From NCBI GenBank assembly GCA_951406725.2, contig OX597815.1, positions 36,828,001 to 36,892,000 on the forward strand: a stretch of 64,000 nt of DNA, given 5' to 3'. Below are positions 26,414 to 37,500 of this stretch, in pieces. The first letter of the stretch is position 1. Every line of letters starts with the position of its first letter. The notes beneath the pieces were generated by a model, which worked only from the letters and a program-made list of their open reading frames with translations, was not told the origin of the DNA and made no database searches. Both the position numbers and the translations under genes were made by a program. This stretch comes from Octopus vulgaris. Taxonomy: Eukaryota.

Positions 26414-28537
26414 GGAGAAAGAGACAGTGACTGGGAGAGGGAGATAGAGAAAGGCAAGGAGAGATAGAGAGAGGAAAGGAGAGCTAAAATGAAGAAAAAT
26501 ATCTGAGGCAAACAAGTTTACTGTTGAATGAGCTAGAAACCTTATCCAGAGGCAAAGAAACATGATTTGGGAACAAAAAAAAAGAAAAGAATATACGTTT
26601 ATATTTGGTTCTGTGAAGAGCTAACTAAAAATAATTGCCAAAAGTGAAGGAAATAAAAAAATAAGAACGTTTTTCACTTAGCTGTTATTTAACAGCTTGT
26701 TCCCTAGAAATCAAAAAGGAATTAATAAATATATCACAATCATCATCATCATCATCATCATCATTGTTTAATGTCCGCTTTCCATGCTAGCATGGGTTGG
26801 ACGATTTGACTGAAGTCTGGTGAACCAGATGGCTGCACCAGGCTCCAATCTGATCTGGCAGAGTTTCTACTCTGGCGTTAGGCATTAAGCCTTTGGGAGG
26901 TAGAGGGAAAGAATTGGATATACACACACACATGAAAATATAAATATTATAAAAATAATATTAATGATATTAAGAATAAAGCACCATATAGGTAGAATTA
27001 TAAATATATATATATAGCAGGTGTGCATAAAGTACGATCGTTGCTAGAAATAACAGCCTGTAAGTTTATGGTGCTATGTAGAGCTTCACTGAATATTTAC
27101 AGGTAGAGATGTGTGCAGGTGTCGAATATAGGAAAATTCTGTCTTACCTCTATGGAGACCGTTAGAGGAATAAAGGATAACTCAATACTGCAGTTTCAAA
27201 CTCTTCAGATCATGTGTGTGAGTGCAAATCGGATTGGTTATCATCAGTTGAATCTTTCATCATTATCGTTTAATGTCTGCTTTCCATGCTAGCATGGGTT
27301 GAACGATTTTGACTGATGGCTGGCGAACCAGATGGCTGCACCAGATGACTGCACCAGACTCCAATCTTGATCTGGCAGAGTTTCTACAGCTGGATGCCCT
27401 TCCTAATGCTTGCCACTCTGAGAATGTAGTGGGTGGCTTTTACATGCCACCGGCACGGGGGCCAGTCAGGCGGTACTGGCAACGACCTTGCTCGAATCTT
27501 TTTGCACATGTCACTGGCACAGGTGCCAATAAGGTGACACTGGTAACGATCATGCTCGAATGGTGTCTTTTACGTGCCACCGGCACGGAAGCCACTTAAC
27601 CGCTCTGGCAACGATCACGCACGGACGGTGCTCTTAGCACCCTACTAGAACGGGCACAAGTGCCAGTAAGGCGACGCTGGTAACGATCACGCTTGAATGG
27701 TGCCTTTCATGTGCCACTGGCACGGAAGCCAGTTCTAAATTATAAAATATCCACTACATCACTGCCTGTTTACTCAGTCATAATCAGAACCAAGATCAGT
27801 GAAAAAATATGCATGAAAATATAAATATTATTAAAATAATATTAACAATATTAATATCCAGCAAGAATAAAGCACCATATTGGTAGAATTATGAATATAT
27901 AAAGCAGGTGTACACGAAGTATGATCATTGCTAGAAATAGCAGCCGTAAACTTAACTGCTGCTATTTCTAGCAATGATCGTACGTCATGCACACCTGCTT
28001 TATATATATATATGTCTGCTTCCTGCACCAGTCCCGCATAGCCCCTGCCCATTCAAAGTACCTTGGATTCCAGAACATCCCGCTGTACTTGAGGAGACCT
28101 GTTGAGTCAAGTACATGAACATCGAAATAAATATCAATGGAAATAGTAGTTGTGATACCTGTACCAGTGGCACCATCTGAACGTGGCCGTTGCCAGCACC
28201 GCCTCGACTGGCTTCTATGCCGGTGGCACATAAAAAGCACCATCCGAATGTGGCCGATGCCAGCGCTGCCTTGGCTGGCTTCCATGCCGGTGGCACGTTA
28301 AAAGCACCAACTGATCGTGGGTGATGCCGACTCCCCTGGCACCTGTGCAGGTGGCACGTAAAAAGCACCCACTACACTCGCAGAGTGGTTGGCGTTAGGA
28401 AGGGGATCCAGCTGTAGAAACTCTGCCAGATCAGACTGGAACCTGGTGCAGCCCCTGGCTTCCCAGACCCCGGTCGAACCGTCCAACCCAGAAAACGGAC
28501 GTTAGATGATGATGATGATGATGATGATGTGTTTGTG

Positions 28538-28592
<55 letters not shown>

Positions 28593-31500
28593 GACGCACA
28601 CATACACACATATACAGGGTGCGGTCAATAAACTGTTGTCTAAATTACGCAAAAATGAAAATAACACTGACATCTCTTACCCAGGGTAGCACTACCTCTT
28701 CCAGGCACTTGATGTAGGCTTCTGTGTTGAGAAGATGAGAAGATGATGTGTGGGAAGATGAATGGAGGCATAATGTCACTATCACTAGTGAGCACTCCAA
28801 ACGTCATGATGTTGATTGGATGTTTCATTTTTATCACCCTTGGTTCATGTCCTCAGATTGCACTGTTCTCAGATTGACACCCAAACACTCTGAAATGTTC
28901 ATATTGGAGCTTCCGGTGTGAATGCCAAGCAGTACAGCTTGTTTTCAAATTTCTAGCAGAGTGAACTGCGTCATGATGCTGCTTTTCTCACAGACAGTGC
29001 TCAACTGACTCTACTATACTGTATAGTTGACAAAATCAAAAACAAACGATGTGCATGTGTGAAATTAACAATATAAAATGGCAACAATTTATCTATTGCA
29101 CCCTGTATACACAAACACACACACACACATAGAGGAAGGTGGAGACAGATTGGAGAAGAGAAGTTTAATTTTGGTAAAGATTTTGTAGAATGAGAAATTT
29201 TATCTATAGGGAAAAGAAATGTGGTCTGGAAATGTATGTTTTTTTTTTCTTTTCTTTTAGGTCTTTTACAAAATACACCAAGAAATGTATTCTTTACTCT
29301 CTTTCTTTTACTTGTTTCAGTCATTTGACTGCGGCCATGCTGGAGCAGCGCCTTTAGTCGAGCAAATCGACCCCAGAACTTATTCTTTGTAAGCCCAGTA
29401 CTTATTCTTTCGGTCTCTTTTGCCGAACCGCTAAGTGACGGGGACGTAAACACACCAGCATCGGTTGTCAAGCAATGCTAGGGGGGCAAACACAGACACA
29501 CAAACACACATACATATATATATACATATATACGACAGGCTTCTTTCAGTTTCCGTCTACCAAATCCACTCACAAGGCATTGGTCGGCCCGGGGCTATAG
29601 CAGAAGACACTTGCCCAAGATGCCACGCAGTGGGACTGAACCCGGAACCATGTGGTTGGTTAGCAAGCTACTTACCACACAGCCACTCCTGCGCCTTCAG
29701 ATATAAGAGTCTACAAAAATGCTCAAAAAGCTAATGTTGAGAACTTGTAGTTAGAGCTTTTTGTTCAGAGCTCTCTCTATATATAAAGTTAATTTGTAAA
29801 CAAAGCATATTCATTGTTTGAGCTTTAAACTGGATGAGTAAATCTCATTAGATGGTGTTAGAATATTCGTTTTTGAATAACCAATGTCATAAACTTCCAT
29901 GCTATCTAAGAGTTGGTGGCCTTTGTGAATATGTAGAAGCACATAAAGCTGGTACAGCTATCAAATGTAAATTATCATATAATAATAATAATAATGAAAT
30001 TATTGTATACAGTGCTCAGGTGCACCACAACTTGTCAAAAGTGCATATAAAGCATATGCAGTAATGTACAAATGTCTGGAAAGTGAACAGTGTATGAGTC
30101 AGATACATGCTTGCATGTGTATGGAGGGGAGAAAATCAGGTGTAGTGTTGGCGAATCTCAGGAAGCAGGGAAGGTTTGAAAGATGCAGTGCTTTGACAAC
30201 TAACAACTGATGTCAGCAGTTTGTTCTATACTTCAGCAATTCTTATTGTGAAAAAATGTTTCCTAAAGTCATGGGAGCTGTGCTGTTTTCTGGCTTTGTA
30301 AACATGTCCACGGGTGTTAGACAGTTTGAAAAGGTGCTCAGAGTTATTGTTTGTAAGATCATCATTTAATCTGTTTTATATAGATATATAAGAAATTGAA
30401 ATGTCAAAGAAATAAATAATTATCTTATGAACTTAATTAGCTTATAACTACTTCTGGTCTAAGATGCAATGGACTTATTGTCATGTGTCTAAGTATTAGC
30501 ATATAACTGAATCATCATGTTTGAAGCTCTGATGAAGCTATAAAGCGATACTCAGGCACTCTACTATGAGTCCATTGCATCTTATAGCAGAAACAGCTGC
30601 AAGCTAATGAGGTTCATAAGATAATTATTTATTCCTTTATCATCTCAATTTCATATTACCTCTCTGTATTCAACTGATGTTTTGTTCTGAAGCATACATA
30701 TATTAGTACCACAATGGCCTAAGTGAAATATATATATTTATGTCTTCACAATTGTGTTTGTTGCCCATCACTGCTTGACAACTGGTGTTGGTTTGTTTAC
30801 ATCCCTGTAACCTAGTGGTCCAGCAGAAGAGAGCAATAGAATAAGTACCAGACATTTAAAAAAAGTATTGAGGCCAATTTGTTCAGTTAAACCCTTCAAT
30901 GACTGAAACAAATAAAAGATATATGTATATACGAGGGGGTACCCAAAAAAAACTGGAATTTTGCAATATTATTTTATTCATTTAGTTTTACATGTATACA
31001 CTTTTATCACCTTCAAAGTATTCTCCATTTGAAGCAATGCATCGGTCCAGGTGCATTTTCCACTGTTAGAAGCAGTGATGGAACTCTTGTGAAGTGATGC
31101 CTTTTAATGCCTCTGTGGGTTTTTTTCTTTACTTCTTCCACATCTGCAAATTCCATAGCACTAGCTTTTGTCACCAGTGATGACCTTCAAAAAAAAAAAA
31201 AAAGGTCTGGATCAACTTCCAACTCTTCTTTACACACATTCAGTCACGACTGCTTTTGATCTTCTGTGAGCAAGTGAGGCACAAATTTTGCTGCAACTCT
31301 CTCTTTTCATTCGCAATTCCTTGCTAAAAATTCGTTGCTCCAGGACACAGCAGACATATCAACAAGTTCATCAATTGTTTGGGGATGGTCCTCCAAGATC
31401 ATTTCATGAATTTTCATGATGTTTTCATTTATTCGGGAGATTGACAGTGGTTGTGAACGAGGTTGGTTCTTAAGCGACAATTGACCATTCCTAAAGCATG

Positions 31501-34500
31501 GAAACCACTCGTTAACCTGTGTTTTGCTCATGGCAGCATCCTTGTAAGCTGTTTGAAGCATGACAACTGTTTTGGCTACCATTTTCTCCTGCAGAAAACA
31601 GAATTTCATGGAAGCATGATGTTCCTTTGTTTTAGCCATTGCAAAAATCGATGAACAGGGGAGAAGCACTGCAAAACAAGGATGCACCACTTGGCAGTAT
31701 GACTTCAACTGGCTTTGGTGGTCAGCAGACTGATGCCTGAAGGTCGTATCAAGTGGCTTCTAGTGGCAGAAGCCTGAACTACAATGGATTTGTTCCACAG
31801 AGAATGTTTCTTATTGCCCACAAAGGGCTAAACACAGAGGGGACAAACAAGGACAGACAAATGGATTAAGTCGATTATATCGACCCCAGTGTGTAACTGG
31901 TACTCATTTAATCGATCCCGAAAAGATGAAAGGCAAAGTCGACCTCGGAATTTGAACTCAGAACATAACAGCAGATGAAATACCGCTAAGCATTTTGCCC
32001 AGCGTGCTGACGTTTCTGCCAGCTCGCTGCCTGGTTTCTCTTGGGTACCTCCATGTATATAAATGCTAGAAGTATCTGTTCAGTGGAATGTGGTGAGGCT
32101 ACTTAAAGGAATCAAAATATTGAATCTAAGACAGAGTGATAGAGAGAGTGGTAGGTATAAATCTGAAAGGAATAAAGAAAAGATAAATGTTAGTGGGGGG
32201 AATGTAAGGTGGTGGTCTTTTACATTCTGTAGTGTTAAATTGATTGAGGGTTAACTTTATTCTTGATTAGGGTTTTGGTCTATTGTATGTAACTTTGTGT
32301 GTGGGAGGAATCAAGATCAGAATAGTAATTCAACAAACCATCACATATAATAACATAATACTTTTACTGTGTATCAGTAGGGAGGGGGAGGGAGAGAGAA
32401 GTATTGAGGAGACAGAGAGGGAAAGAGCAGAAGAGTAGTAGTTAGGGTTATGTAGGAAAAAAATAGAGGATGAAACTACATGCAGTGGCCAAAGATGTGG
32501 TAAGGATTGGAGGTGATGAGATGGAGAGAGCTAGAGAAAACTTGGAAGAAAGAGGGGTGGCAAAGGAATTAGAGAGAGGAGAGAGAATAAATATCAAATA
32601 GAAAGGGAAAAAGACCTGACAGTTATATTGTAGGAGGTGCAAAAAAGAGTTTGAGAGAGAGAGAGATACTAGATGTGCTGTATCAAAAAGAAGTGGTTGA
32701 AGGGAGATACAAGAAAAAAAAAGAGAGAATAAACAGAAATTTACATTTTACCCTGATGAAAAAAACCTAACACAAAATATATAAATAAAACAAAGAAAAA
32801 TAAACGAAAACGAAATAAATGAAAAATAAATGACCTTGTTTGAAAAGCTTTAATTCAGGTTATATTTTATTACTGAAGCCTTAGAATGGAGTGTTAATGG
32901 ATGCTAGCATATCTGTTTTGCATTAGCGTGCTGGAGAGTTCCATAATTGTCATCATCATTTCACATCTGTTTTCTATTAATGACATGGGTTATACAGGTG
33001 TGTGTTATAGTACAGCTTCTCACCACTTGTTACTGTCACTTGCTGTCTCCTTTGTTACCAGCTGTTAACAGTGCCCTTGACTTCATTCATGCTTTTACTA
33101 CTATGCTTTCGCAAAACCTGTTTCCACCGCTGATTAGGTCACCTTGGTAACAGAAACTGTCAATTTTAGTTATCTGTCTTGGCAGTTGAAGAATTGCATT
33201 TCATAGGAGCTTCTATTACTAACTATTCCTGTGTGTCTGTTGCTTCCCAGTTTACTTCCTTGAGATCCTACTGCACCTTTAGTGCACTTATAGTTTACAC
33301 TGGGTTCGTACTATAGAATTCCTATCTATTCCTTTTTTGTATATTGAACATAGCCACTTCCTAGAGTTCTGTATTCTTACTTGCTAACTAAACCCTAAGG
33401 TTAACATTTATGCCCCTCAGTTCTAGGCCCTGCTTCTGACTGATTCAGCTCTGAGAACTAGTTTGTCAGTATGTGGGAATTCCCATGGGCATACTCTTGT
33501 TATAGTATTAAAAACTATAATAAAATGAAGGTAACTGTGCTGACTAAACCCTAAGGTTAACATTTATGTCTCTCAGTTCTAGGCCCTGCTTCTAACTGAT
33601 TCAGCTCTGAGAACTAGTTTGTCAGTATGTGGGAATTCCCATGGGCATACTCTTGTTATAGTATTAAGAACTATAATAAAATGAAGGTGACTTTGCTGAC
33701 TAAACCTTAAGGTTAACATTTATGCCTCTCAGTTCTAGGCCCTGCTTCTGACTGATTCAGCTCTGAGAACTAGTTTGTCAGTATGTGGGAATTCCCATGG
33801 GCATACTCTTGTTATAGTATTAAGAACTATAATAAAATGAAGGTGACTGTGCTGACTAAACCCTAAGGTTAACATTTATGCCTCTCAGTTCTAGGCCCTG
33901 CTTCTGACTGATTCAGCTCTGAGAACTAGTTTGTCAGTATGTGGGAATTCCCATGGGCATACTCTTGTTATAGTATTAAGAACTATAATAAAATGAAGGT
34001 GACTGTGCTGACTAAACCTTAAGGTTAACATTTATGCCTCTCAGTTCTAGGCCCTGCTTCTGACTGATTCAGCTCTGAGAACTAGTTTGTCAGTATTTGG
34101 GAATTCCTATGGGCCCACTCTTGAGAACTGTAATAAAATGAAGGTAACTGTGTTGACTAAACCCTAAGGCTAACATTTATGCCTCTCAGTTCTAGGCCCT
34201 GCTTCTGACTGATTCAGCTCTGAGAACTAGTTTGTCAATATGTGGGAATTCCCATGGGCCCACTCTTGAGAACTATAATAAAATGAAGGTGACTGTGCTG
34301 ACTAAACCCTAAGGTTAACATTTATGCCCCTCAGTTCTAGGCCCTGCTTCTGACTGATTCAGCTCTGAGAACTAGTTTGTCAGTATGTGGGAATTCCCAT
34401 GGGCATACTCTTGTTATAGTATTAAAAACTATAATAAAATGAAGGTGACTGTGCTGACTAAACCCTAAGGTTAACATTTATGTCTCTCAGTTCTAGGCCC

Positions 34501-37500
34501 TGCTTCTGACTGATTCAGCTCTGAGAACTAGTTTGTCAGTATGTGGGAATTCCCATGGGCATACTCTTGTTATAGTATTAAGAACTATAATAAAATGAAG
34601 GTGACTGAGGACTAAAATCTGATATACATCTACCTGCATACTTAATCCTTCACTGAACTTATTACTAATTCTAATTTTAGGTTTGTACAGTTCTCGTATT
34701 CCAAATTACTATTACACAAGTCTGAGAAATAGAACTTTTTGAAATTTGTTTCCTTAACTGTATATATTTTTGTAGTGCAAATTCAAAATGTCCAAAAAAG
34801 CTCTTTCCCTTTATGTAAGGTTTTCTCACAATTTAATGATAAGGTATAGCATAATTTCTAGGAAAATACACATATGATAGGATTCAGCGAAACTATTAAA
34901 AATGAATTTAGTACTTTATTTAACAAAATGAAATGGCAGAAATGCTATTGGAAGGTGAGAAAATAGGTTTTTATAAGGGTTCCATTCATTTTTTAGATTT
35001 GGCACCCCAAAATCTCATTTTTTTCACTTATAAACTATGGAGCCATACTCCAAAACTAAGGTTTGGGATTATGGCTGGATGCCCTTCCTATAGCCAACCA
35101 CTTTACAGAGTGTACTGGATGAATTTTAATAAGGCACTGACACAAGATAAGTTATGTCATTAGGGTACTTTCAATCCTATACTTTTTTCACTTGTTTGCT
35201 AACCATCTTACAGCATGTACAGGGTGCATATTGTCATGACAATGACATCAAAGTTGTCAAGACTGGATTAAAAGGATCTGTCAACCCCTCTATTATCTCT
35301 TCTACTCATTCACCAATTACCCCTGAGAGTGTAACAAGCATGAGAGGGGTACAAAGTAAGTGTAACGAATACTATCTTAAGACATGCATGTTTGCTCAAA
35401 GCAATGTAACGGAGAAGTGTAATAGGAGAGATTGCAATCCCAAAAGTGCTGCTCTCCCTACTATTCTCCTTTTTGATCACATTTAATCTAGATATTTCCT
35501 TGTCTTTACTATATCTTTTATTAGCTCTAAGATTTAGGATTTAAAACATGGTCCCTATTCTAAAGGTGATATGGATATTCATATAGGAGATTTGACAGAT
35601 CAACCAGCTACAAGGCTGTATGTAATTGCTCAATCTGTTAGAAAAAGTAGTTTAATCTATATCAAATCATACTCTAGTGTCTTTAAAAAAGAGAGGTCAT
35701 ACTGGAGGGTGTAGTCTTAGAAATACTATGCTTTAATAGAAAGATGCACTAGTTACATTACAACTAGGTCTCCTTTGATCATAGATCTCCTTGATCAGAG
35801 CTGAGCTGGGGCCAAATAAGAGCTCCCTAACTGTAGCAACATTAGTAGTTCTTCGCCACCAAATTTCTTTCTTTCATCAATCATTTAAATTTTCAAGAAC
35901 TATTTTTTATTTCAACAGGGAAACGATTTGGAATATTCGACTTCAACGATTTGAGAGAGATATTCTCAACCATCTATCACATTTTACCATTTGGAATGCT
36001 GGTAAACAGGGACGCAAATTTTATCGTTCTTTGAAACCAGACAATAGAAAAAAGGTAATTGATTATTTTTATTCTATGAAATTTCTAAATTTTCAATGTT
36101 TCTCTTGAGATGTAACACCTGCAGTACACATCCTTGATCACATCCAAAGAAAGCTTAATAATTACAAGTCAACAAGGAAGCCTCTAAATGGTCACATGAA
36201 CTGCTAGAAATAGTAGTCAAACCTTGTTACTGTCTTAAATAATAGACATATTTGATATCAGTTTTTTCATGATTGGAACGCTTTAACAAGCTTGCTTAAT
36301 CAAAGACAATCAACAACTAAACTACAACATTGTAAATACTTCTCCTTCTTTCTTCAATGAGTCGTATTCTTTGTCTATTTCTTCTGCTTTACTACTACTT
36401 ACTATAGACTTTACATTTCCAAATGTGTTAACTTTGTTTTGTACTTAAACCACTCCATTTCACTTATCTTTACAATTTCTCTTATCCTTACACAAGGCTT
36501 AATATGAAGCACTTTACTTTAATTCCTCTTCATCGGAATTGTATTCATTTGGAATTTCCTCATTAACCATTTTTTACCTATAAACCTACCATAATTCAAA
36601 TTAACTGTTAGCATAGAAATACTTGCTTGAAAGGATTGTCTTCCTTAGAGACTGGCCATAACTATCATACTCTCTTATGTGAACATTTCAAACATGCAGA
36701 GATATATTACATACCTTTTTACCTTTCCTTTCAGTCATTTGACTGTGGCCATGCTGGGGCACTGCCTTGAAGGGTTTTATACAAAGAAGTCGATTCTAGT
36801 ACTTATATTTTAAATCTGTTGGTCTCTTATGCCAAATCACTAAGTTAAGAGAATGTAAATAAACCAACACCAGTTGTCAATTGGTGGGAACAGACAGAAA
36901 GACAGACAGACAGACACACATATATATATATACACACACACACACACATATACACTTGATGGTCTTCCAAACAGTTTCTGTCTACCAAGTTCACTCACAA
37001 GGCAGTGGTTGGCCTGGGGGCATAGGAAAAGGCATTTCCCTTAGGTGCCACATAGTAGGACTGAACTTGAAACCACCTGGTTGCAAAGTGCACTTCTTAA
37101 CCACACACATGCTTGTATTATGTAACTAGTGTTCCCTCGTTCACTTTAAATCATTGCTATATTGATTATGAATTAAAAGAATTTAATAGGAATATTACAG
37201 CTACAAAGTTCTTAATTTTTAGAATTAGTTTTTGAAATTTCAGTCTTGTTTTACTTAACAATAGTGGATATATATATTATTCCAGGTTTCCATGTTTTGT
37301 GATGTGGATGCCAAAAAAATAAAGAAAGCTGTTTATATATATGAAGAATCCCAAGTAAGTTTTTGGGCATCAGTAAAGCCCAAATTTTTAATTCCAAGTG
37401 ATGTTTTACAACCCTTCAAAGATCAAATTTAATAGTAACTAACTATAATATCCTTCAGAGATCTAGGGCTTGGGCCTTCTGCTAGGCATGAAATGAAATG

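Noticed and set aside
33388-34616. CRISPR-like or tandem-exon reading of the 156-bp array
   Set aside because: No unique spacers and eukaryotic context; the candidate AG...GT segments hit stops in the frames I checked and resemble no protein.
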